Assembly (NCBI GenBank): GCA_023213395.1
Contig: CM041465.1
Location: 153,581,741 to 153,645,740, forward strand
From: Cycas panzhihuaensis
Lineage: Eukaryota; Plantae; Cycadophyta
Reading direction: 5' to 3'
DNA length: 64,000 nt
A model generated the notes under the pieces. That model ran no database searches and was not told the origin of the DNA. It was given only the letters and a program-made list of their open reading frames with translations. Each line of letters opens with the position of its first letter. The stretch's first letter is position 1. The translations under genes were made by a program, and so were the position numbers. Shown here piece by piece: positions 1-11,299 of this stretch.

Positions 1-84
1 CACAATTCTAGGCCTATAGATATTACTTATGTTTTTTATGATTTCATTCAATCTACTTATAAAATTAGAGGTCTCTAATTTCAT

Positions 85-508
85 TGAATGAGCTAAAACC
101 AAGTTGTGATACTAAATGTAGAAAAATAAATAATGGAGAATATGGTAAAACATAAACACATAATTAATACATTGTTGCATAAATAGAAAATCCTTTGTAT
201 TTAATCCATCTTTGAGAGAGAGTATTACAAATATCCAAAAGTAGGCAGTGTCTAAAGTTACGAGGGTTGCACACCCCTCTAAATACATAGTTTAGGGGAG
301 GAGGGAAACTCATCAACCCTTAAAATTTAAATAATAATAAAATAATAAAAACTTAACTCAAAATAATTTATCTCAAATTAACTCAAATCAACTTAAACTT
401 ACCTTATACTTACCTTCACATGTGAGCACCCACGTGTAAATTAATGAGAGTGAGGTGTGCACTCTTGGTTGAAAGGTAGGAGTGGGATGATGATCATTAA
501 CCCCAACA
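85..508 (-). repeat. E1 3' LTR
   Basis: Aligns end to end with 4312-4737 (roughly 1 difference in 8, mostly transitions); adjacent to PPT. Confidence 0.93.
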
Positions 509-519
509 TTCTCCCCCTT
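509..519 (-). other. E1 polypurine tract
   Basis: Minus strand AAGGGGGAGAA immediately before the TG of the 3' LTR. Confidence 0.9.
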
Positions 520-1206
520 AATGGTCATCATGAACAACTTTGTCTTCTCTTTAAACTTATGAAATTTAAACTTGAAGAAAACTTTGAAGATATATTTTGT
601 AACTTGATCTTTATTAACTTACTTCATCCTTTTAGTAATGTGTGTGTCATTTCCATTGATTGGTGTAAAAAATCTGCAAGTAAATATAGCTTGATTCAAA
701 TGTGGAGGTGTGGCTACAACTTTGACTTTAACTTTATCTTTTGAAATCTTTATAATATGAGCAATTGTCATATCATCATATTTCTCCCCCTGAAATGGAG
801 GATCAGGTTCTTGTGTAACAAGATCACCATGTATTTGACTTGAATTTTCCTTAGTCTTTTCTTTACAATTCACCTGTTCTGGCACCTGTCTCACATATTC
901 AACAATATCAATATTAAATTCATTGAAAGTATCTCCCTTATAAGTGGAATGTAGGATGTCCCATACGGTTTTGAAGGTTGCCATTTCACAAACTTTAGAA
1001 AATGCATTATCATCTATAGTGCGAAATAGGAAAGTTAGGGCTTCATTGTCTTTTTTAGTATTTTCCTTAATATTAACATCATATTCATCTTGTAAGTATT
1101 TCTAAAGATTATGTATAATAAAATAATTTTACATTGTCTTATGCCATAGTGAGAAATTATGGCCATCAAATATAGGAAATTGTACTTTATTAAGATTGAT
1201 TGCCAT
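520..1206 (-). pseudogene. Copia gag relic joined to a Copia RNase H C-terminal tail
   Basis: ATG at 1206 reads MAINLNKVQFPIFDGHNFSLWHKTM*; then ALTFLFRTIDDNAFSKVCEMATFKTVWDILHSTYKG (Copia gag); ends with a KDQV..IF-type RNase H tail next to the PPT; in-frame stops. Confidence 0.75.
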
Positions 1207-3847
1207 TTTATAGAAAACTTGAGTACATAAAAATGAATATGCTTTCACCAAGTCAAAGAATTCAATAAATGAATAAACTTATATGATGTCAAATATACTC
1301 TTTGAAAGAAATACAATGCCATTTGAAAGTGAAAAAATGAAAGATACCTTTAGAAAGTAAGTAAATTAAATACAACTTTTATAGATGCAGTAAGGAAATA
1401 ATATTTTCAACAAGGATGAATAAAAAAATGCTTTTTAATAAGTGTGTGCCTTTCGAATAAATGACAAACTTATAAGATATAATTTCTGAATTGAAACTTT
1501 GATAATGAAAAATAAAGAATTCTTAACCTTTTAATTTTTTGAATGAATAAATATAAACTTTCAATGCAAGAAATTCTTTGCCTTAAAGAAGATATATAAA
1601 GTTAAAAATTGAGATATATATGTATATTTTTACTTTAGAAAAATAAAGAAGTAACTTACAAAAAAATGAATTGTACCTGTTTAAGTTGTAGGTCCAATTG
1701 GCTTATCACTTGCTTAATGATCAATTTCTGTAACAAAACAACTTAAAAGAAACTTATATGAAATTTAAATGAGAGTTTCAAACATGTATCATAAGTGATC
1801 AATAAGAAATGAAATAAAATACTCCTTAAGAAAGGGTTTAGAAGATAGGCCTATTAAGATATACTAAATGCTCATGTTTAACAGCTTTAAAACTATACTA
1901 AACAATGTCAGAATAAAGTAAAATTATACCCGTTTCAAGATCAATGAAAAAACTATTTAATGGAACTGACCGTTTTGAAAATAGGTTCTTACAAGTCAAT
2001 ATTTTAATGAACAAAAGAGATAGTCCTTTTTTTTAAGCTTAACGAGAGCTTGGGGCTTAAAATATTATAAAAGTGATAGTAAAAAAATTGTAAAATAATA
2101 AAAAATGATCAAATATAGTGTACAAAGCTATTTAATATATTTTTAATTGAAAACATTTGAGAAATAGTATATGTAAATATGCAATAATGATAAATTAGAG
2201 GCTATTATGTACCTCAACTTTGATAGATTTGAAAATCAAGAAAAACACTTTAAAACTTATAATTAATAGCATCAGTTTAAAGAGGAGTGAGTTAGATTTC
2301 CAATGAAACTAACGGATCTGAATTCTGATATAAAACAAAAAAGTTATAATAGAATGAATAGATGGTGATGAAGTTTATTGATAATAGATGACTTCAGAAT
2401 AGATCCGAGTAAAAAATAATCTCCTGGTGATAAAATATAATCTGATAAAAAAAGGATTTTGTGAAAATAGTTTAAAAGGCTTTAAAAGATGAATTATCGA
2501 CTTTAAACTAACTAAAGACAGGTCAAATCAGCTCCAAGTAGGGCATATGATCAATTAAAATCGTACCTCAGAAACATTTAGACATAATGGAATAATTTTC
2601 ATCAAAAACTAATAAGCCAGTCAAAAGTTATGGTAAACCGTTACGAGGTACCCTATGTGAAATGAAAAAATACAAAACATATAAAAAGAAAAATATAATT
2701 AGGATTATGTTAGCCCTTTTAAAAATGGGCTAAAGGTCACATGAGAGCTTAGTAAAGCTAGGGGCTAAACACCAAATGGGGCTAGGTTTTTTAAATACTC
2801 GGATTTAAAATTATATATAATTTAATTTAATTTTTGTTAAACTTTATAAAAAATAAAAATAATGAAAGGTAATGGCTGCCGAACCTACGCACGGCCTGCA
2901 CGTGATGAATATAGTGATGTAAAGGGTATTAACTCGGTCAATTTGATCGAATAATACCATAAAAAGAGACACAGGAGATTTGACACTAAAATCAAGCACA
3001 AAAATACTTTTTATTTTGTGTTTTTTTTTTCTAATATATATATATATATATATGTTATGTGATAACAGCGGCCGAATGGTAGAAACTGTGGAGATGAAGA
3101 TAAAAAAAAACTCTTTTTAATTCCATATCTAGGTCAAGGTATGTAATCAGTAGGTGCTGAAGTAAGATAATGTAGATCTCAACAAAAATTTTCAAAAATA
3201 TTTCAAGAAAATGTGAGAAAATAGTAAAAAACCTAGAAAACTAGGGTTTTAGTCGCTTTGGGGCTAGATCTCCCTGTACAGGCCACAAAATGAGGCAAGA
3301 TTTGATAGGGAGTAAGGTGTCTTGGATGGCTAGGTGTTGATAAAATTTGACAGTGATCTATTGCTTATACACTAAGAACGAGCTTACAAACTGAGTGGAG
3401 GCCAAAACAAAGTAGCAGTCAATCTAGATTATATCTTACTATCTTATCAACGAAAACTCAAACTATCTATTTCACTGGCTTGCTGACTCAATAAGGATTA
3501 TAACGGGTGGTCACTTTCTAGGGTTTTAAGTGCCAGATATGTTGCATACACTTGCCAAACAAAAAGGATCAAGTCACCTAAAAAATGAAAAATGTGAAAT
3601 AAAAAATAATATGAAAAAAGTAAATAAATAAACTTTATAATATGTAAAGTTTGAAATTTAATATGAATAATCAAACCAATATGGTCATAGACGTGTTGTA
3701 GCTTTCTAAAATCTGAAAAAATAGTGAAATGGACAGTGAAATCAGTAGTATAATTTCTCCAAGAGGCTTGTTAGGCTGAATAGAAGAAAAAACTTGAATA
3801 GATAGATAGAATATGCCAAAAATGGTTAAATATATGATAAAATATGC

Positions 3848-3950
3848 AGATCTAGAGCAAATATTACATAGATCTAGAGCAAATATTACAGATTTAAAGA
3901 AAATATTGTAGATCTGAAGAAAATATTATAGATCTGAAGAAAAATATTGA
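3848..3950. repeat. Tandem array of ~5 x 19-21 bp (AGATCT..AG.AAATATTAC) in the E1 leader
   Basis: Units directly visible; the E3 homologous position (~23434-23459) has one unit. Confidence 0.85.
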
Positions 3951-4297
3951 ATATATAAATAAAATAAACCAAAAAATAATCAAATTTTTGAAAAATATAT
4001 GTAAAACCTGTTAATAAAACCTCTGTAGAGTGATAAAATCTTGAATACTTACTGATTACAACTATGTTCCTACACAAATATGAAACAATATCTCAAAATT
4101 ATTTGTTATTTCACAAGTATAAATCAAGAATAATCAGATCTTGATGAAAAAATAATACAAAAGACTGCTAATAAACTTTGCAAAAAATGAATATAACCAA
4201 TATTTTTTCGTTGTAAGTAGATCTACTTCAAATACTAATAAATTTTCTTTCTTCTTAAAACAACTTCAAATGAATGTGTAATAGACCAGCAATCTCA

Positions 4298-4309
4298 GCT
4301 ATGATACCA
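4298..4309 (-). other. E1 primer binding site (tRNA-iMet)
   Basis: Minus strand TGGTATCATAGC (11/12 to TGGTATCAGAGC), 2 nt from the 5' LTR end. Confidence 0.9.
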
Positions 4310-4311
4310 AA

Positions 4312-4737
4312 TGAAGGAGTTAAAACCAAGCTCTAATACTAAATATAGGAAAATAAATAATGGAGAACATGGTAGAACATAAACATATAATTAATACATT
4401 ATTGCATAAACAGAAAATCTTTTGTATTCAATCCATCTTTAAGAGAGGGAATTACAAATGTCTAAAAGTAGGCAGTATCTAAAGACACTAGGGTTGCACA
4501 CCCCTCCAAATATATAGTTTGAGAGAGCAGGGAAACTCTTCAACCTCTAAAATTTAAACAATAATAAAATAATACAAACGTAACTCAAAATAAATTAACT
4601 CAAATTAATTCAAATCAACTTAACCTTATCTTATACTTACCTTCACGTGTCAGCACCCACATGTGCAAATTGATGAGAGTGAGGTGTGCACTCTTGGTTG
4701 AAAGGTGGGAGTGGGGTGATGATCATTAATCCTAACA
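4312..4737 (-). repeat. E1 5' LTR
   Basis: Partner of 85-508; flanked by the PBS and by TSD TTCAT. Confidence 0.93.
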
Positions 4738-7700
4738 TTCATCTCATAGATGTATGGAGTATATTAGAAAAGCTCCATGAATTATCACTCACACTTATCC
4801 ACTATCCTCTTTCCTTACTTCATCTCATTGAAGGCTTTTGTCTTATACTTAAAATATTAGCAAAAGAGATACTTTTATTTAAAGTACTTGATAAATTTGT
4901 TCTAACTCATTTATCTTTTTTTAAGGTCCTCTACCTTCTTGTGATGCTATTAGTACAAAGATACTTTTTCTATCATGTTGTATGTAATAATTCTTACCTT
5001 CTCATTGGAGTTGAGTTTATTCAAATTAAAGTAGTTCTTGATCTTGAGCAACATGTCTCGACTTCATCTTCACTCTTGATTTCTCTATATTTAGAGTTCA
5101 TTATTTTTACCTCTATGCTTACCTTATCTTAGCCTTAGAGTTTTTTTGAAAGGTTCACTACTTATAGAACAATGTTCTTCACTAAAATTTTAAATAATTC
5201 TCTTAGTTCTTTTACTTGAATGCTTATGAGTTGAAGGTTCTTATAATCAACATCTTCTTTCATTGCTCCTAGTGTTTTGAATTATTTTAGTATACTTATG
5301 CTCAATAGTTTGGCTGATGTTGTAAAGCATAAATTTATTATTGTTTGAGATTATTTCTTTATTCTGTTTGTGCACTTTTAGTAACTCTTATAAGCTATAG
5401 GTGGTCTTCATTGATGCCATTGTAATGCTTTTTTATAGATTCCCTCCATATCTTGGGAATTCCTCTATGCCTATTCCTTTAGAGGTATGGTCTTGTTAAA
5501 CCTCTCACCCTATTCAGGTATCATTGTTATTCAACATTATTTCTCTTCTCATCATGATTCTTGCTTCACTTATATGAGGTTTTTTCTAAGACTTTATAAT
5601 TTTTCATTGAAGCTCTTAAGCTTAACCTTAGAACTTTGTCGAGTTCTTGACTAGTTTTGTAAGTTTCAAACTTGGCACCTTTTTATATCCTCCTTTGTAT
5701 ATATAAAATTCATCCTTGAAAATTTGATACAAACCTATCAAGAACCCTCTAAAACACCCTCTTACAAAGGGCTCCTATGACTTCGCTTTGATGGATCTCA
5801 CCATAGTTACCCAAAAAGGTTGGTGCCAACTATTTAAACTTGAATTTATGGGGCTTTATTAGAGTAGAGATCACATAGTGGAATTGTCCTAATGGATGTG
5901 ACAAGTTAAAAAAAATAGAGGTACTTCAGACCTATACCTAAATTTCTTTTACTAATGATAGTAATACAAATATACAAGAAACAAATATATTGTATTCATT
6001 ACTGAGTTATTTTATAAATGATAGAATAAAGAAAAGAATCAAACTAGATTACCTAGATGGATTCACTACCTAACCTTTCCAAATCATAAAAAGGATGTTT
6101 CCCCAGAGCCAAGATAAATCATATGAGTGTTGGAATACTTTAGTGTCTCTCTTGACATAGTCCCCAAGCTTTTCCCTTCATAAATATCTTATTTAGAAAT
6201 CTAATCGATAAGTAGTTGTTATTGAAATATTTTATTCTTCCACACCATGCATGTCTTTCAAGATATAATAAGGAGATTTTATACTTTATATAATTCATTA
6301 TTAAATCAATCTCATTAGACTACCTCATTATGTGATCCACTATGTTAGCTTTGGACATCTCTCTTTTATAATCTACTTAGAATTTAGGCTCTAATTCCAT
6401 GTTTAAGTCTTTTATGGTTATCCCTTTCTTTTGTTTATCTTCCCTACCTCAAAAATCCTCTAACACTCCTAACCTCTTTTACTAGGTTGGTTAAACTCTT
6501 CACCTTCCTAAAGGGCAGTGCATACAATGATATAAACAATATTACCTATAATATTATTCATAGTTATTCATTTTGAAGCAATGTCCACAAGCTTTATGTC
6601 TATCAAGAAAAAATATCTTCACATAGGGAGTTCTAGTCGCCATTATCTATTAGGAATTTCCATTGCAAGAAAGAAAGTTATGAGTGAAATTATGAATGCC
6701 AACTAATTGTGTTTTGCTTAAAAAAATTGACCAAAAAAGTCTAGACATGAAAAGAATAAACATGAATGTCTTAATAATGAGACTAGCTTTAAATGATAAT
6801 AGGTTTCTTATATAATGTTTGATTTTTGGTCTCTACCCTATTGGAAAGCTTTTGACATGGCCTTCATAATGGAATAATTATTCAAGGATGAAAAATAATT
6901 TAGTATGATGTTTCATCCCTTTGAAGTTATCACCCTAATGAGTTTCTCCAAATTTATAATTAGTAAGGTTATAAACCTACAAATATATTTTTTGATAACA
7001 TTTTTGCCTAGTGTCTATTTTAGGACTTCTTGCTCTTATTTCATAGGTATTAAAACAAGCTATAATAAGACATATACTTCTCATCACTAGGTCTCACTAG
7101 TTTAGAGAAAAAACTCTATAACACTTTGCTCCTTCACCCTTTTATCACTTGAAGAGAAAATAAAATCCTTGCAACTTTTGACTTCTATATCTTTCTCATC
7201 AAGTGCTCATTTTACGACTTCCACTAGTTTTTTTAAAGATAAATATGACATCTGAAAGCTCGTAGACTTGTTTTTTATAAAATATAACTTAAATAATAAA
7301 ATATACTACTCTAAAAAAGTTATTGAATTTTAGATTTATAATGACCCTTCCCCTATAATGGTTTTCATATACTTTTTGCTCATTCATGTCATGTGCTTCC
7401 ACTTACAAATTATACATATGAAAATTTTAGGTACTTTCATATTATTCAACAAATAATAGATATGGAAAGAGACATCTAACTTATATCCTAATATCAAAAA
7501 CATACTAACTAATCTAGTAAACCATAAATGATACATCCTCATACTTCGTGGAGAAGGAAATAAGCTTCTAACTTACATAAGATGGATAAATCTTTGAAGT
7601 GAGCAAAATTTACATATATAGTTGAGAAGTGACCTAACTAAGAAGGATAAGAAATTAAGTATAGTTGAGGTCTTTATAAATAACCCTTTTATGTTTCTTT

Positions 7701-10560
7701 GGAAACTAAACTCTCTCAATCATCTCCTTAAATTAATGTACTCTAAGAACATGGATGTTTTAAAATCTAACCTGAAAAGCTTAGTTCACTATAATACTTT
7801 TGTATTTAATCCCCTTTCTCAATCACTTCATGCACTGCCCTTAATTATGATGGAAGCCTCTAAATCAAGATTTATTTGTAAATTCCCTCTTATAAGTAGT
7901 ATGTTATGATCCTCCACCATATAAGGTTGCTCTTATTACCGCACATGCATAAGTCCAACAGATAGGTAGTCTTAATGGCCCTACATATATATGTAATATA
8001 TAAGTGGAAACATCATTGAGTATTTATGATCTTATGTTAATGAATATTCTTTGTAACTTCATCTCCTCTTTTATCTTTTACATATCATTTTCTCTTTCTA
8101 TTTCTCTATATTGAATGGTTATAGGAACAGGTCCATTACAATTGGTATTAGAGTGGTGATCTGGAAGATATTGTTAAGGGTTTGAAAGCATATTTAAGAG
8201 AACAAACATTGAAATTTCTAAAAACAAATAGTAAATTTGAGACAAAATAGATTGTACTATAAATTTTAAATGGTCACGCTATAGATCTTTAGGTGAAAGT
8301 GTGAAAATTTGCTACCTCAAATTCAAAAAGACATAAGTTTAAATATACGTATCTAAATGACCTCAATTTTTTTTTTCATTATGTGAATTTCTTAATTTAG
8401 TTTTAAATGGAAGTTATTTAAACTCAATTAGAGTTTGGAGAAAAGAGTTATTACTATTTTACTAGTAGCCATTATTAGAGTCCCTAAAAACCCTAACAAT
8501 GAATTTCTTAAAATGGTTATAACTTTTGACCTAGATATCTGAATTTGATTTTTTCTAAACCATTAAAATTATATTTCAATGTTTGTCATTTTAATATATA
8601 ATGTATGTATTTTTTAGCTATATTTTCTAGCATTTTTTTTTTCTTAATTTAAGGGTTTCATATTGTACCTTTCTTGGTCATTTAGACTTTGGTCATAATA
8701 GCATGAATCTTGAGGCCTAATATATATTTTTATATTAAAATTAGAGGATAACGGGCCATATACACCCTCTAATCTCTCCCACATCTATATTATCATGTCT
8801 ATAGAAAGGAACATACTTCGTATATTTAATATTGATAGGACTCTTTCTATAGATGACTAGGTTGGAGACATGCATGTATATTTAGACTTATTTGATGTTA
8901 ATTATAGAAAAAGTGAAGAGATAGTTAAAGTTACCTTATTCGTATATACAAAGAGAGACTTGCCTTTGGTTTAAGGAGTGGTACGGATCTATGCCATTCA
9001 AAATAATTTGTAGGTTACACCTTAATATCTATAAGAAATATGATGTTTCTTATTAGAATCAAATGCAATGTCTTGAGAAAGATAAATAAGAAGCTCATTA
9101 AATACTTGAGAGGTATAGTCATAAGGTGGGATAAGAAATTTTCCCCAGTACTCAAAGTCAAGAAGAAAAGAAAGATGATGAGGGAGAAAAGGAATGTCAA
9201 GAGAAAGTAATAGAAGTTCTTTGTCACTCCACACCACCAATCACACCCAAGGAAAATAAAGAAAAGACATCACCAATAATTGAAAGACAAACTAAAGTAG
9301 GATCATGCTGACATCCACATTATCAAGAGGTTTAGTACGATAAAACTTATTAGGCAAGGCCCTCATCAACTACATACACTAGGCAAGCAGAACATTTGAT
9401 CTTAAGGTTTCAAAGTTATAGATATCTAGGGCATATTAGAGGACATCTAGAATGTATTAAAATCAACTTAAAATGGATAGATCCCCATTCCATGCATAAC
9501 TTTTTTTAATGTCCTTCATAAGAGCTATCAATTAAATATTAATAATAGGAGGTGGTTATATGTATCATTATATCATGATGGTTAAAAGGCGAAATATTTT
9601 AAAGGGGAGGGCATGTTATGATCTTACATCATATAAGGTTACTCGTATTGTAATTATCCTACATGCATAAGTCCAAGAGATGTGTAGTATTAATAGCCCT
9701 AGATATATGTATGTAATGTATGAGTGGCATCATCACTGAGTATTCGTAATATTATGATAATGAATATTCCTTGGAACTTCATCTCCTTCTTTGTATTTTA
9801 TCTATTATTTTCTCTTTCTATTTGTCTATGTTAAATGTTTATAGGAATAGGTCTATTACATACTACGTAAGCATCCACCCTCGTTATAGCTGATTCATTA
9901 ATATAAGAGGATGACCCTCCAACAGCTAGTATGGAAGTCCATCTTCATTAGTGACTACTTTCATTCCTTCTCTTTTTATAAATATAAACTTATATCATTT
10001 CTTAGAATGTTAGGGGATACACCTTTTTACTATAAGTAAAAGAACTTTAAGGAACTATATGTTATCAAAAGTAGGTGTTCTTGGTTTTCTAACTATTTAG
10101 AAATGTAGACATGTTGAAATAAGCTATCTTATATAATTTATTTCTTTCAAGCATTAAAGAATTTTGATTCACTAAATTACCCTCTACATTTAAGTGTTAT
10201 GGCTCTCAATTTAGCAAATCGCTTATTTAAATTTAATAGACTTCTACTCTCTAGCCCTCCAAATAAATTTCTACTCCCTCATCTTTTCTCTGTCTTTCAT
10301 CAAAGTTTTTAAAGGGAACATATTCTCAAGCACACAATTTCCTAACTTAGAGCGTGTAGATATTTATCAAGCAAGTTAATCTTCTCTTCAAGTCTATCTT
10401 GTAACATTTCCTTATTTTGTTAGTTGCTTATCCCTTAGATTCCTTAATCTAAGCTCGTGAAGTGGATGCTCATGTATATTTTCTTAAATATGAATCTATA
10501 AAAGCTTGGGCTGTATATGCTCATTATTCCTTATAGACTCAACTTTTATGAAGGGCCATG
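4738..10560. repeat. Old unclassified ~5 kb repeat, copy A (interrupted by E4)
   Basis: From ~5206 it is colinear with 24150-27009 and with 31043-33091 plus 39465-41620 (e.g. TTTTCCCTTCATAAATATCTTATTTAGAAATCTAAT near 6171, 25080 and 31992); no recognisable intact domain. Confidence 0.75.
7902..9860 (+). mobile_element. E4: 1.96 kb non-autonomous LTR retrotransposon (TRIM/TR-GAG-like)
   Basis: LTRs 7902-8140 and 9614-9860 (TGTTATG...ATTACA). PBS TGGTATTAGAG at 8143-8153. PPT AAAGGGGAGGGCA at 9601-9613. TSD TAGTA/TACTA. Empty paralogous site TACTA at 40923-40927. Possible gag relic at ~8800-9450. Confidence 0.92.
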
Positions 10561-11299
10561 TTTATATATATGCATGTGTTTAAATATTAGTCTACATAGT
10601 CTCTTTGAGATTCATTATTAAGACCACGCAGATGAATTTTAGGCAATGTTGGTTCCATTGCTTGATTTCATCACAGATTATGAAGGTCATGAAATTTCCC
10701 TTTATTCTCTCACATGTAGATGTGATAATGGGTCCTATGAGTGGCTAGCAATTTACAACTACATAAATATTTATCATGGCATTTCTTACTTTTTTTTCCC
10801 TTGTGCTAGGCCTAATGACAAGCTTTATAAGTGGATAGAACTATGCAACTCCTATAATGATTAGCATTTTATTGGCACATATGTTTCCCCAAAGAAGCAT
10901 TGGTATTCTTAATAGATTTTATATCAGGTTAACAACTATAACCACAATAAATATGTCTCAATACTATTCCTTTTAGTTTGTTGATTATTTCTCTCTTTTA
11001 TTTTGCTCCTAAAATGACATTATGTAATGGTATTTGTTCTTTATTAAACTTCTATAAGAAGCATAACATTGATCCATTTAATGATTTATAAGTAGCAACT
11101 ATAGAATGAAGCATTATGTTGGAAACTATTTAAGCAAAATTAATAATATACAATTTATTATTCCTAAGCATTGGTTAAATCCACATAAGCAACCTCTACT
11201 CTCTTGGTATTATCATTTTGACATGTAGACCAGTTTATTATAAGATGTGTTAAACTAAGTACTAGGAGTAATTAATGTATACGATAAACATGTACCTTC

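Larger units (their letters stand above)
85..4737 (-). mobile_element. E1: non-autonomous Ty1/Copia-derived LTR retrotransposon (TR-GAG/LARD-like) with intact boundaries
   Basis: Direct repeats 85-508 and 4312-4737 with TG...CA termini. TSD TTCAT at 80-84 and 4738-4742. PBS at 4298-4309 and PPT at 509-519, both on minus. Only ~0.7 kb of coding relic; no RT or integrase. Confidence 0.93.

Noticed and set aside
103-508. Shared central LTR of a three-LTR tandem element (PBS-like motif on one side, PPT on the other)
   Set aside because: The same motif lies inside the other LTR, and TSD TTCAT flanks positions 85 and 4737, so the motif is internal to the LTR.
457-744. ORFs starting MHSWLKG (457-744 and 4686-5132)
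   Set aside because: Both start within the LTRs, antisense to the element, and diverge after the LTR end.
3848-3950. CRISPR-like array
   Set aside because: Head-to-tail units without unique spacers, eukaryotic context, no cas genes.
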